Of a stretch of DNA of 64,000 bases, positions 1 through 9,887 are shown one piece after another (position 1 is the stretch's first letter; each line of letters begins with the position of its first letter). A model generated the notes under the pieces. The model worked only from the letters and a program-made list of their open reading frames with translations. It was not told where the DNA came from and did no database searches. The DNA is taken from the IMG/VR virus record IMGVR_UViG_3300025016_000004. One strand, given 5' to 3'. A program made the position numbers and the translations under genes. This DNA comes from a virus. Taxonomy: Duplodnaviria > Caudoviricetes.

Positions 1-413
1 TAGAAACACAAAACCCACTAGCGGTTGTTTCAGGTGGAGATATATTACAATTAACAAAAACTAAAGATTTAACTGCACCAATTTATTCAGTTGTGAGTAC
101 GTTAACAATGCCAGATAAAACAACACCAGAGATATTACAATTTGGTGATGAAAGGTTCTTTTATGGAAATATAGAATCCTTTATAGGTGCAACAATTTTT
201 AAAACAATTTTTAAAATCTCAATCAATGCTAGTGATTTTACTTCAACAACTAACCTCACTAGGGTTAGTGGTGTAAACCCACCTAATATAAGAGTTAGCG
301 AAGTTGGTGTTTATAACTCTGATGGAGATTTAGTAATAATAAGTAAACTTAGTGTTCCAGTTGAACTAACACCAGGTAAGACAATGATTCTAGAATTATC
401 AATGGATTTTTAA
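1..413 (+). CDS. C-terminal part of virion structural (tail/baseplate-type) protein, 5' partial
   Basis: Frame is open from base 3; C-terminal VSEVGVYNSDGDLVIISKL motif resembles tail-collar/baseplate domains and is shared with the next ORF. Confidence 0.55.
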   Translation, partial: ETQNPLAVVSGGDILQLTKTKDLTAPIYSVVSTLTMPDKTTPEILQFGDERFFYGNIESFIGATIFKTIFKISINASDFTSTTNLTRVSGVNPPNIRVSEVGVYNSDGDLVIISKLSVPVELTPGKTMILELSMDF

Positions 414-416
414 GAT

Positions 417-1607
417 ATGGGATTTATAGCAAGCGCACAGACAGTAACGATAACAGCCAAATTAACACCTTTTGGTAGACAACAACTATTAACCAATAGT
501 AGTAGCATTATAACACAATTTAGTTTGGGCGATAGTGATGCTAATTATTATGGTACAGCAACTTTAGAAAGAGGTAAGGTACCATCATTAGCGGGTGAAG
601 TAGGTAGTAATAATTTATTTAGCAATGGTGTTTATTCAGGTGTTGGAATAAAATCTCCAATTACAGTTAACTCTACTGGTGTTACAAAAAAGGCTGTTCA
701 AGCTGGTTCTAGTTCTGTCATAATAACTCCTAAATTAATTGGATTAACAGCTCTTACAGATACATTTTTAACACAGTTAACTATTAATAGAACTTTAGGT
801 GCTACTGATGGTAATACTAACCTATTTCATACATTCGGATTACCTATAACACAAGCTGATAAAAACAAATATACTACATTTGTTTCACCAACAGGTTATT
901 TAGATACAGCAATTGCTGGGTTTAATAAAGATTCAGTGTTGGTGATTGCAATTGATAATTGTAGTTATGGTGAAATTTTGGATGGTAAAAATGTTAAAAT
1001 TGAGATAGAATCTAGTGGTGCCACATCTTATACAGGATATACGACATTCCAAAAAAGTCTTACACCTTTAACAAGCGTTGATTCCCAAGTTAGAGAATTA
1101 TTAGAGTTAGGTACAGCTATTGGTAATAACGTAGCATTTATATTCTCTGACCAAATACGAAGACCTAATGGTAATGCAGCTAAAAGTTGGGCTACTGGGT
1201 TTAATACGGTTAAACCATTTAGCACCAATAATAAAGAATTATTTAATGCTAAATCAGTTCCATCAACAAGTACAAATGTTGATGAAGCGATAGGTATCGC
1301 TTATCTAGATAGAGGTATTATTGTTATAACACATCCTGATATTGTAGGTGCTTACGTACCATCTGGAACAACGATAACATATAATAGCATTTCGAATGAA
1401 GTTGCTCAAAATATTACATGTATTGTTGAAAGAGGTGAATTCGCTTCAACAAATAATAGAACTTATACTACTGGTGAATCACTTAGAGTTACTGAAGTTG
1501 CGTTATATGATACATTTAATAATGTGATAGCATTTGCTAAAAGTAATGAGCATATTCTTATCGGTGCTAATCAATATATGGCATTAGGTGTTAGAATTTT
1601 AGTATAA
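417..1607 (+). CDS. Virion structural protein (tail/baseplate-type)
   Basis: 396 aa, T/S/G-rich; C-terminal VTEVALYDTFNNVIAFAK motif. Confidence 0.5.
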   Translation: MGFIASAQTVTITAKLTPFGRQQLLTNSSSIITQFSLGDSDANYYGTATLERGKVPSLAGEVGSNNLFSNGVYSGVGIKSPITVNSTGVTKKAVQAGSSSVIITPKLIGLTALTDTFLTQLTINRTLGATDGNTNLFHTFGLPITQADKNKYTTFVSPTGYLDTAIAGFNKDSVLVIAIDNCSYGEILDGKNVKIEIESSGATSYTGYTTFQKSLTPLTSVDSQVRELLELGTAIGNNVAFIFSDQIRRPNGNAAKSWATGFNTVKPFSTNNKELFNAKSVPSTSTNVDEAIGIAYLDRGIIVITHPDIVGAYVPSGTTITYNSISNEVAQNITCIVERGEFASTNNRTYTTGESLRVTEVALYDTFNNVIAFAKSNEHILIGANQYMALGVRILV

Positions 1608-1658
1608 AATATTTACTTATTTTTTTTATTTAGTATATTCCCTTATAAATTTATAATT

Positions 1659-2327
1659 ATGAAGGAAAAACAAGAATTTATCCTTGGTTTAGACGTTTCA
1701 ACAAAAACCATTGGTATTGCGTTATACGAGAATTTAGGTGAAAAAGGTAAATTAACTGCCTTGACTCACGTTACCCCTAAAATAAAACCACTACCACCTA
1801 CAAAAACACAAGAATTATTTGAGAAATGTGATATTTTTGATGAACAATGTTTAGATAAATACAAAAGTTTTAATATCACAAGAGTAATAATTGAAGAACC
1901 TTTATTAAGGTCTAATAATGTGAATACAGTAGGAACGTTATTACGATTTAATGGTATGATTTCAAGAGCAGTTTATAAAAAATTAGGTGTTGTACCTGAT
2001 TTTATTTCATCATTTGACTCTAGAAAATATGCCTTTCCTGAATTAATGGCTGTTAGAACTCATAATAAAAAGGGTGAAAAATATCCAGAAAAAGATATAG
2101 AAAAGAAAAGTAAATTAAAACAAACAACTCTTTTCGGGGCTTTCGATTGGGATGTTGATAAAAAAACAATTATTTGGGAAAAGGTTGCATATCTATATCC
2201 ACAAATTACATGGCTATACAATAGGAATCAAGTATTGGCTAAAGAAAATTATGATATGAGTGATAGTGCTACATGTGTACTAGGGTTTATGAGTTTAATT
2301 GGTGAGTGGCCAATAGAAAAAAGATAA
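1659..2327 (+). CDS. RuvC-like Holliday junction resolvase
   Basis: ILGLDVSTKTIGIA, VIIEEP and YDMSDS acidic RNase H-fold motifs. Confidence 0.75.
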   Translation: MKEKQEFILGLDVSTKTIGIALYENLGEKGKLTALTHVTPKIKPLPPTKTQELFEKCDIFDEQCLDKYKSFNITRVIIEEPLLRSNNVNTVGTLLRFNGMISRAVYKKLGVVPDFISSFDSRKYAFPELMAVRTHNKKGEKYPEKDIEKKSKLKQTTLFGAFDWDVDKKTIIWEKVAYLYPQITWLYNRNQVLAKENYDMSDSATCVLGFMSLIGEWPIEKR

Positions 2328-2336
2328 ACGGCAACT

Positions 2337-2363
2337 AAATCGGCAATCATTGCCGATTTTTTT
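2337..2363 (+). terminator. Intrinsic terminator
   Basis: aaatcggcaat-c-attgccgattttttt hairpin plus T-run. Confidence 0.8.
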
Positions 2364-2366
2364 ATT

Positions 2367-2401
2367 TTGTTTGGTTTTTAATTAAATTTTTAGTATATTT
2401 G
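2367..2401 (+). promoter_or_regulatory. Bacteroidota-type sigma-A promoter (TTTG ... TATATTTG), representative copy
   Basis: TATATTTG at 2394-2401 with upstream TTTG; the motif or close variants recur before many genes (e.g. ~27821, 28729, 32867, 34574, 40676, 46245, 51207, 54911, 59983, 60403). Confidence 0.75.
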
Positions 2402-2405
2402 CATA

Positions 2406-3383
2406 ATGTCAATGATTGTAAATATATTAGAAAACTTCTTAGGAACCCCTCACTCGCATTATGAGAACAAATCTCAAGTGCAGTTTGACTGCCCTATGTG
2501 TTCTGCTGAGAAGAATAAATATGAAGGTGATGGTAAAGGTAATCTAGCAATCAACTACGAAAAAGGTGTTTATAAATGTTGGAATTGCTGGGAAAGAAAT
2601 AATATGCATGGCTCTTTATTATATTTGATAAGAAAATATGGTAATAAACAACACCTTAAAGATTATTTGCTTATCGCACCTAAAATCATTAAAGATAGAA
2701 GTAAAGAAGAGAAAGATGATATTCTAATAGATGTAAAATTACCTGAATCTTTTAGAGCTTTTAGTGATAGCACTTCTTATAATACAAATCACAATGATGC
2801 ATATCGCTATGTTAAGGGTAGAGGAATAGATAATAACATTCTCCATAAATTTAATATAGGTTATACTTGTGATGGTAAACATAAAGATAGAATTGTAATC
2901 CCTTCATACGATATTAACGGTGAATTAAATTATTATATTGCTAGGTCATTCAATAAGTGGAATAAAACCAAATATTTAAACCCAGAATCTGATGTTGAAG
3001 CCAAAAATAAGAATGAGATTATCTTCAATGAACATAAAGTTAATTGGGATTCAACAATTTATTTAGTGGAAGGTGCCTTCGACCATATCGTAACACCCAA
3101 TTCAATACCTTTATTAGGTAAATTCATTTCAGATAAATTATTTCATGCGTTACAAACCAAAGCAATGGGTAAAGTTGTTATTGTATTAGATGGTGGTGCT
3201 GAGGAAAGAAAAGATATGATACTTTTATATAAAAAGTTAAATACTTTAAATCTATATAATAGAGTTAGAGTTGTTTATCTTGAAGATAAAATGGACTTAT
3301 CATTAATTTATCAAAAACAAGGGCCTAGAGGTATTTTAAGGAATTTAAGACAGGCTGTGAAACTTAAAGAAAGTCGTCTTTAG
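2406..3383 (+). CDS. DNA primase (Zn ribbon + Toprim)
   Basis: CPMC...CWNC Zn ribbon, RIVIP, YLVEGAFD and LDG Toprim motifs. Confidence 0.85.
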   Translation: MSMIVNILENFLGTPHSHYENKSQVQFDCPMCSAEKNKYEGDGKGNLAINYEKGVYKCWNCWERNNMHGSLLYLIRKYGNKQHLKDYLLIAPKIIKDRSKEEKDDILIDVKLPESFRAFSDSTSYNTNHNDAYRYVKGRGIDNNILHKFNIGYTCDGKHKDRIVIPSYDINGELNYYIARSFNKWNKTKYLNPESDVEAKNKNEIIFNEHKVNWDSTIYLVEGAFDHIVTPNSIPLLGKFISDKLFHALQTKAMGKVVIVLDGGAEERKDMILLYKKLNTLNLYNRVRVVYLEDKMDLSLIYQKQGPRGILRNLRQAVKLKESRL

Positions 3384-4405
3384 AAACTATAATCATCAAA
3401 TCCTTGATAATCTGAAGTACCAATGTTAAATGAATTCGATTGAAACTGTTTAATTGATATTAAGTTAACACCTTTACCTTTATTTTTTAATGTAATTTCT
3501 TTTTCATTAGGGTATTGCATATTATATTTGAAAGTCTCGATTACATCAATATCGTTTTTATTCGCTTTAACTGTTAAAATAAATGGTTGACCTTTACTGT
3601 TTAAATGTGGTTCGGTATAATGAGAACCATCTAAATCATTTTTACTAAGAACATAATGAGAACCTAATTGGATTGTGTTTAAATCATTTTTATTTTCTAA
3701 AAACACAACTCTATATAAAGTTAAAGTATTCGGTAATTTATTAAACATGTTAATTAGATTTTTAAGGTTTTCTTTATTAACATCTAAATCATCGTGAGCA
3801 CCATATTTTAAAAACTCATTATAATTAATTCCCTCTTTAACCATACCAATTTCATATTCATCATCATCAACACCTTCGGTATTTGCATGATGATATGTTA
3901 ATTCTTCATCCACATTATCACCCTTACCCATTATAAAATCTTCATAATACATTTGTAATTGTTTTTCGTTTTGAAAATATTTAACATCATCAGATGGGCT
4001 ATAATTTACCATTTCCCTACCTTTTATGATAACACCGTCATACCCCATTTTTTGCATTTCACCTTCTATTGTAGAATTTTTAAAAAACGCTCTTTGGTCT
4101 GGAAATTTCCCAGTTGAATATTTCATGAATAAATTTCTTTGAGACCATATCTCCCATTCATTTAATGAGTTTACAACTAAAGGTGTTTTAGGTATAGCAC
4201 CAATTAAGAAATATACAGTCCCGTATTCTTTAGCCAAAGCTCTATTCCCTAAAGGAGTGACATATAACCCTAACCCAAGCATTCCACCACCGCCATTTGC
4301 TTGTCCTACATTTTGGACACCTCTAATGGTTACGTTTTTACGTTTCCATTTTAAATACTCCCTGTGGTCATATTCAACTGCCTCATATATATTAAGTAAT
4401 TTCAT
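3380..4405 (-). CDS. Two-domain ADP-ribosyltransferase-like protein, putative virion-packaged
   Basis: N-domain GLGLYVT...GYDGVII; C-domain LYRVV...GSHY...NEKEITL (R-S-E type); N-terminal MKLLNIYE motif. Confidence 0.5.
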   Translation of the reverse strand: MKLLNIYEAVEYDHREYLKWKRKNVTIRGVQNVGQANGGGGMLGLGLYVTPLGNRALAKEYGTVYFLIGAIPKTPLVVNSLNEWEIWSQRNLFMKYSTGKFPDQRAFFKNSTIEGEMQKMGYDGVIIKGREMVNYSPSDDVKYFQNEKQLQMYYEDFIMGKGDNVDEELTYHHANTEGVDDDEYEIGMVKEGINYNEFLKYGAHDDLDVNKENLKNLINMFNKLPNTLTLYRVVFLENKNDLNTIQLGSHYVLSKNDLDGSHYTEPHLNSKGQPFILTVKANKNDIDVIETFKYNMQYPNEKEITLKNKGKGVNLISIKQFQSNSFNIGTSDYQGFDDYSF

Positions 4406-4980
4406 TCTACTTTTTCTATTAATTTAATACTATTCGGATTAAACATAATTATATGCTTCTCACCAACCCAATCACTAGGTGGGTCAACAACCAATCCATC
4501 ATAACCTAATTTAGTCATACTTTTAAGATAACGAAGTGGTGTATGTTGATACCACCCATTTAAAATATTAAAGAATACCCCAGCTTCATCACCAGCTGAA
4601 AAAGCAGCTCTTAACGCTTTTTGAAGCCCTTTTTGTGGGTCTTCATCCCAATTTTGTGCTTCCATTTCCCATTCATCTGCATCTTCACCACTCATTTTCA
4701 TAAGTGTTATAATTTCTTGTTTATTAACTTTATAAGAGGGTGTATCGGTTTCTATGAACCTACCAGTTAATTCAACCTTATATACATTCTTACCGAACAT
4801 TCTAGCGTTTTCAAAACTTGTGGCGAAATAAATACCTGGCCCATGATGTTGTGTAACACCTTCACCATCTACGAAACTATCTGAAAACTTCTTTATATCA
4901 TGGTCAGTACCATGATATGCAATAAACGTTTTGGATATTGATTCGGATAAAATATTTTCGTATAAGTTTCTTAATTTCAT
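4402..4980 (-). CDS. ADP-ribosyltransferase-like (ART-PolyVal type) protein
   Basis: AYHGT, GPGIYFATS, GYDGLVV, IIMFNPNSIK. Confidence 0.65.
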   Translation of the reverse strand: MKLRNLYENILSESISKTFIAYHGTDHDIKKFSDSFVDGEGVTQHHGPGIYFATSFENARMFGKNVYKVELTGRFIETDTPSYKVNKQEIITLMKMSGEDADEWEMEAQNWDEDPQKGLQKALRAAFSAGDEAGVFFNILNGWYQHTPLRYLKSMTKLGYDGLVVDPPSDWVGEKHIIMFNPNSIKLIEKVE

Positions 4981-5378
4981 TATACTTTATTTAGCATAAA
5001 TTTGGCGTTAGGAAATAAAACTATTTCCCCACTATCACCATTAGGTAAAACACATATAATTGCGTCATACCCTAACTTCATTAATTTTTTTGTTAAAGAT
5101 TTCCCTTTAGATTTAAATTTATTTGATAATTCATTTTTATATTTAATTAAATTATTATCATTAACATTTATATATAAAGGGTTTTGTAAATAAGCCATTC
5201 CTACGGCATAATTTCCAGTTATTTCCCCATCAAAATCTTTTTCAGTAACATAAATTCCACTAGGTTCAACATCTTGACCAAAACGACTTCCCATATATGG
5301 AGCCTTTTCTAAATTTTTCATTATCTTTAGTTGAACTGATTCATTTAAAACACTTATATATAAATCGTTTAATTTCAT
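4980..5378 (-). CDS. ART-like protein, divergent
   Basis: SGIYVT, LQNPLYI, GYDAII, EIVLF pattern similar to the neighbour. Confidence 0.45.
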   Translation of the reverse strand: MKLNDLYISVLNESVQLKIMKNLEKAPYMGSRFGQDVEPSGIYVTEKDFDGEITGNYAVGMAYLQNPLYINVNDNNLIKYKNELSNKFKSKGKSLTKKLMKLGYDAIICVLPNGDSGEIVLFPNAKFMLNKV

Positions 5379-5776
5379 TATACTTTAAATTGTCTATTGG
5401 TTGTTGAGAAATTCTTTTTTCTCATGATGGTTTTACTCATAAGTTGAATTTCATTTCTAGACTTATCAACACGTAAAACAAAAGGTACGTTTATATTATT
5501 ATTTAAATCAATTATAACAGCTTCAGCTTCTTTATTATAATTCTTTAAACCTTGGCCATGTTTTTTGTATAAACGACTGAATGTATTTATCACTTCTTCA
5601 CCTTCAATTTCTTCACCATTTCTAGGGTCATTGGCTCTATCCAAAAAATGATTGGAAAATTCAATGTCAATATTAAGACTCTTAAACAAATCATCTAAGT
5701 AATCTTCAATTTTCTTTAACCCAGAATTACTGATGTATTCATTCACTACGGATTCAAATATATTACTTAATTTCAT
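5378..5776 (-). CDS. Hypothetical protein, possible RelE/barnase-fold RNase
   Basis: HFLDRANDPRN ... KTIMRKKNF; ATG at 5776 follows an ATATTTAT motif. Confidence 0.35.
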   Translation of the reverse strand: MKLSNIFESVVNEYISNSGLKKIEDYLDDLFKSLNIDIEFSNHFLDRANDPRNGEEIEGEEVINTFSRLYKKHGQGLKNYNKEAEAVIIDLNNNINVPFVLRVDKSRNEIQLMSKTIMRKKNFSTTNRQFKV

Positions 5777-5849
5777 AATAACCAATTCTTTTTAATAAAT
5801 ATTTGTTTTTATAGTAAAAATTTAGTATAATTGCGTAAAATGATAATAT

Positions 5850-7619
5850 ATGGTAAAAGAATTTGTTGGCCCAGTTTATTTGGAGCCAATTGAACATGTT
5901 TATATTCATAGACAAACAGGTAAACGTTATGGTTCAGTAACCCAAATGTTAGGCTCAATTGAGCATGAATTTGAAACTGAATTGGTTGCAGAAAGAATAT
6001 CAATGCAGCGAGATGACGACCCTAAGAAGAATCCTGATTACCATGGTATGACCATGGAACAAATTTTAGATTATTGGCAATACTTGAATGATAGTGCCAA
6101 CGAATACGGAACATATGTTCATGAAACAGTTGAAACGTATCTTTTAAAACAAAAATGGTGGTATCCAACAGATGAGTTGCAGAAAGCTGTTATAAAGGCG
6201 TATAATGAATTAGAAGTTGATGAAGGTAAGTGTGTATACCCAGAGCGAATTATGTTTTCGGAAAAATATAGTCTAGCGGGGACTGCCGATTTAAAAATTG
6301 ATATTGATGATGAATGGTTTGATATTGGAGATTGGAAAGGGTTACCAATTGATACCCCAATATTCACTAATAATGGATGGAAAACTATGGGTAGTGTATC
6401 ATATGGTGATAAAGTTTATGACATGGATGGTAATCTATGTGATATATTACATTTTTCTGGGGTAAAAAATAAAGATTGTTTTGAAATTGAATTTGATAAT
6501 GGTGAAATAATTATCGCAGATTACGAACATAGATGGTTAATATCTTTTATGCGTGATGGTAATTTTACTGATAAAGTTATGACTACTGATGAACTATTCG
6601 ACTATACCACTGAATTAAATAAAAGTAATAAAAGATGGTCGCATAAAATACCTAAAATTAAGATAACCAAACCGTTAAATAATCCGAATATCACATTACC
6701 CTTAGACCCTTATTTGTTAGGTGTATGGTTAGGTGATGGGCATAAAACTGACACCAAGATAACTAATATGAATAAAAAAATGTGGTTAGAATTGGAAAGA
6801 CGTGGTTATGAATTAGGTGGTGATGTAAGCCAAGGTGGTTCTGGTAAAGCTCAAACTAGAACAGTTTTAAATGTGAGTAATATATTTAATGAATTAAATT
6901 TAATTCAAAATAAGCATATACCAGATATATTTTTAATGGCATCACATGAACAACGGCTTGATTTATTGCGTGGGTTTATGGATACCGATGGTCATTATAA
7001 TTCATCACGTAAAAGATTTGTTATGTCAACAACTAGAGAGTGGCAAGCAAATGAATTTAATAAATTAGTATCATCATTAGGTATTAAAACAACAGTAATT
7101 AGGTATAAGAAAAAAGCTATGGGTAAAATTATTAATGTAATTGATATTTGTTTTAGTACTAACAATTTAAACCCATTTTTAACTAGAGATGATTTAAAAA
7201 TTGAATATACTAAGATAAATAATAAAACGTTTAAAAATATTGTTTCAGTTAAAAAAGTGAAATCAGTACCAACTAGATGTATTGAAGTTGATAGCCCAAG
7301 TAGTACTTTTTTATATGGCTATAATTTTGGTGTAACACATAACACTAATAAAAGGTTTGAGTTTTATAGCCCATTTGGTCAAACACTTAAAAAACCTTTC
7401 AACCATTTACAACAATGTCATCATTCAACATATAGTTTACAGTTAAGTGTGTACGCTAAAATGTGTGAGGAAGAAACTGGAATGAAATGTAGACAAATAT
7501 GGATAGGATATTGGAGTAGGGAAACTGAAAAGTTTACTAGAATCCCAATTACATATCTTAAACACGAAGCAACACAACTATTGGAGCTTCACAAATATAA
7601 TAAAGAAATAGCTACTTAA
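5850..7619 (+). CDS. PD-(D/E)xK exonuclease containing an intein
   Basis: YGSVTQML, GTYVHE, AGTADL, DWK|TN, YSLQLSVYA; intein inserted between K and T. Confidence 0.85.
   Translation: MVKEFVGPVYLEPIEHVYIHRQTGKRYGSVTQMLGSIEHEFETELVAERISMQRDDDPKKNPDYHGMTMEQILDYWQYLNDSANEYGTYVHETVETYLLKQKWWYPTDELQKAVIKAYNELEVDEGKCVYPERIMFSEKYSLAGTADLKIDIDDEWFDIGDWKGLPIDTPIFTNNGWKTMGSVSYGDKVYDMDGNLCDILHFSGVKNKDCFEIEFDNGEIIIADYEHRWLISFMRDGNFTDKVMTTDELFDYTTELNKSNKRWSHKIPKIKITKPLNNPNITLPLDPYLLGVWLGDGHKTDTKITNMNKKMWLELERRGYELGGDVSQGGSGKAQTRTVLNVSNIFNELNLIQNKHIPDIFLMASHEQRLDLLRGFMDTDGHYNSSRKRFVMSTTREWQANEFNKLVSSLGIKTTVIRYKKKAMGKIINVIDICFSTNNLNPFLTRDDLKIEYTKINNKTFKNIVSVKKVKSVPTRCIEVDSPSSTFLYGYNFGVTHNTNKRFEFYSPFGQTLKKPFNHLQQCHHSTYSLQLSVYAKMCEEETGMKCRQIWIGYWSRETEKFTRIPITYLKHEATQLLELHKYNKEIAT
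6339..7343 (+). mobile_element. Contiguous 335-aa intein with LAGLIDADG endonuclease, class-3 signature
   Basis: Starts GLPIDTPI; block B EHRW, block F TRCIEVD, ends VTHN|T; motifs LGVWLGDG and RGFMDTDG. Confidence 0.9.
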
Positions 7620-7650
7620 TTATGGTAAAGAAAATAATACATTGCGCTGA

Positions 7651-7977
7651 TTATTGAGTTATTGTTTTAAATTTTTTATATTTTCTATCTAAACCTATAT
7701 TATCATAATTTTTGTATATATACTCACCTAATTTAATAATTCCATCTTTATTGGTTATTCTTAAGTAAGATGAGGATGATTTTAAATTTTTATTTCTTTT
7801 TATTTTATAATTGATTTGTAATTCATCACATAAAGATTCGAAATAACCCCAATCTTGTTCATATGTTGACGCTAAAGCAAATTGTCTTAATGTTGAGCCT
7901 AATTTTGGTTTATAATAATAAAAACAACCATCACCATCAATTAACCCTCGAAACCAATAATGTTTTAATTTATTCAT
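7651..7977 (-). CDS. Free-standing single-motif LAGLIDADG endonuclease, possibly truncated
   Basis: FRGLIDGDGCF. Confidence 0.75.
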   Translation of the reverse strand: MNKLKHYWFRGLIDGDGCFYYYKPKLGSTLRQFALASTYEQDWGYFESLCDELQINYKIKRNKNLKSSSSYLRITNKDGIIKLGEYIYKNYDNIGLDRKYKKFKTITQ

Positions 7978-8072
7978 TCTAAGTCATTCATATTAAATAA
8001 ATATGAAAAAAACATGAAAAAAACTTGTTAAAGTTTTAAAAATGTAGTATAATTGCCTTAAATATATAAAAT

Positions 8073-8894
8073 ATGGCAGTACTTAAGGTAATTCATTGCG
8101 CAGACATACATATCAGAACATTTAGAATGCATGAAGAGTATAAAGAAGCTTTTCAAAAGTTTATCGATGAAGTAAAAGATTACTGCAAAGACTTTGATTA
8201 TGAAGAAATTAGAATTGCGGTAGTTGGTGATTTGGTTCACCAGAAAATTACAATATCCAATGAACAATTAATACTTAGTTGTTGGTTTCTTAATGAGTTA
8301 TCAAAAATAGGTAAAGTTGTTATCGTTGCTGGTAACCATGACTTATTAGAAAACAACCGAGATAGGGTTGATAGTATTTCCCCAATGATTCAATTATTGG
8401 ATAATGAAAATATAGCTTATTATAAAGAAAGTAAATGTTATACCGATGAAAACATTGTTTGGTGCAATTATTCGATTTTTGAAGAGAACTCTAGACCTGA
8501 CATTGAGAGGTACGTAGTTGATAATCAACCAGATGAAGAAGTTACTTTTGTTGGGTTATATCATGCACCACTTGTTGGCGCATCTACCGATATTGGGTAT
8601 GAGTTTAGTGAAGGTACAACGTTAGAGCATTTCGAAGGGTGTGATATGGTATTGTTAGGCGACATTCATAAAAGACAAGCGTTTGATTATAAAGGAACCC
8701 CAATAGCTTACCCATCATCACTTATTCAACAGAATTTTGGTGAAACGGTAAGTAAACATGGTTATTTAATTTGGGATGTTGAATCTAGAACGTATATTGA
8801 AAGGGATATAACAACAAGATACGGTTTTTATCAATTTAAAATAAAATCATTGGATGATATTGAAAACGAAAATGAAATTTTAACAAATGAATAA
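8073..8894 (+). CDS. sbcD: SbcD/Mre11/gp47-like nuclease
   Basis: ADIH, GDLVH, GNHD, LYH, GDIH metallophosphoesterase motifs; lies upstream of the sbcC-like gene. Confidence 0.85.
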   Translation: MAVLKVIHCADIHIRTFRMHEEYKEAFQKFIDEVKDYCKDFDYEEIRIAVVGDLVHQKITISNEQLILSCWFLNELSKIGKVVIVAGNHDLLENNRDRVDSISPMIQLLDNENIAYYKESKCYTDENIVWCNYSIFEENSRPDIERYVVDNQPDEEVTFVGLYHAPLVGASTDIGYEFSEGTTLEHFEGCDMVLLGDIHKRQAFDYKGTPIAYPSSLIQQNFGETVSKHGYLIWDVESRTYIERDITTRYGFYQFKIKSLDDIENENEILTNE

Positions 8895-8946
8895 ATTTTA
8901 ACAAATAAATAAATTTTAACAAATAAATAAATTTTAACAAATGAAT
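8875..8946 (+). repeat. 4 x 18-bp tandem repeat spanning a stop/start junction
   Basis: aaattttaacaaat(g/a)aat x4. Confidence 0.9.
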
Positions 8947-9309
8947 AAATGTGAAATTACTGAAAAATGGAAGAATCTAGGGTTTTTAGATGGGTTATCT
9001 TTATCTGATAAACAAAACTTTGAGTTAGCTCAAGCAATGGAATATGCGGCTAAAATTTTAATACGTGATGGTAAGAAATGTAATCGAAAATATAACGATA
9101 AAGTAGATATAATAACATTCCCAATATTGAGGTTATTGATAGATAAACATGAGATGAGTAAACCGTTTATTCTACATTTGTTAGAAAAACTTAAAAAATT
9201 AACTGAAAGTTCGGTTTATGATGGTATTGAAGATTTACATCCTAGTACTGGAGTAGACCCCGAAGTTGAATTAATAAGACTTTTTGTAGAATTACATTAT
9301 GGAAAATAA
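8941..9309 (+). CDS. Hypothetical protein resembling the N-terminus of T4-like major capsid proteins
   Basis: EKWKNLGFLDGL ... ITFPILRLL. Confidence 0.4.
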   Translation: MNKCEITEKWKNLGFLDGLSLSDKQNFELAQAMEYAAKILIRDGKKCNRKYNDKVDIITFPILRLLIDKHEMSKPFILHLLEKLKKLTESSVYDGIEDLHPSTGVDPEVELIRLFVELHYGK

Positions 9310-9310
9310 T

Positions 9311-9887
9311 ATGCGCACAAAAAAAAGATTATGATGATTATATCTTTATCATAAATCAACGAGTTGATAAAATTAGAGGTTCAATAGCTACTTTACATGA
9401 ATATGAATGGATTGCTAGATTAACTTACGAACAGTGGTTAAAATACTTAAAAGGTGATTTAAAAATTAATGACCCATTAGATGTTACTGATGTTATTCGT
9501 TCTAGAGAATTTAGATATTATTTTAATGTTGGTGAAATAGTGAAATTGGATTTTACGGTTATGACTAAAGAACAAAAAGAGTTTTATAAAGATTTAGAAG
9601 GTATGCATGCTGTTGTAACTAAATGTTGGTCTGATTTACATGCTTTTTCTTGTGGTTCTAGTTATGACCATGAATTAAGGTTTGAAAACGGTGTTGAATC
9701 ACCTATAAAACCACTAAAATATTGCCCACATACATTTGAACCTCCTTTATGGCGTGTCCGAACTTATATGATAATAGGTGTAAGTGAAGATGAGAAGAAA
9801 TACTATAAAAAAGAATTTGAAAATAGAACCCCAAATCAAAAACTTTGGTGGTACGTTACACCTAATAGTTGGTTAAATGATAAATAA
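9311..9887 (+). pseudogene. Hypothetical gene with a one-base frameshift in an A8 run
   Basis: ATG 9311 is out of frame by one A with a long open frame running from 9327 into the 9540..9887 ORF. Confidence 0.5.
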
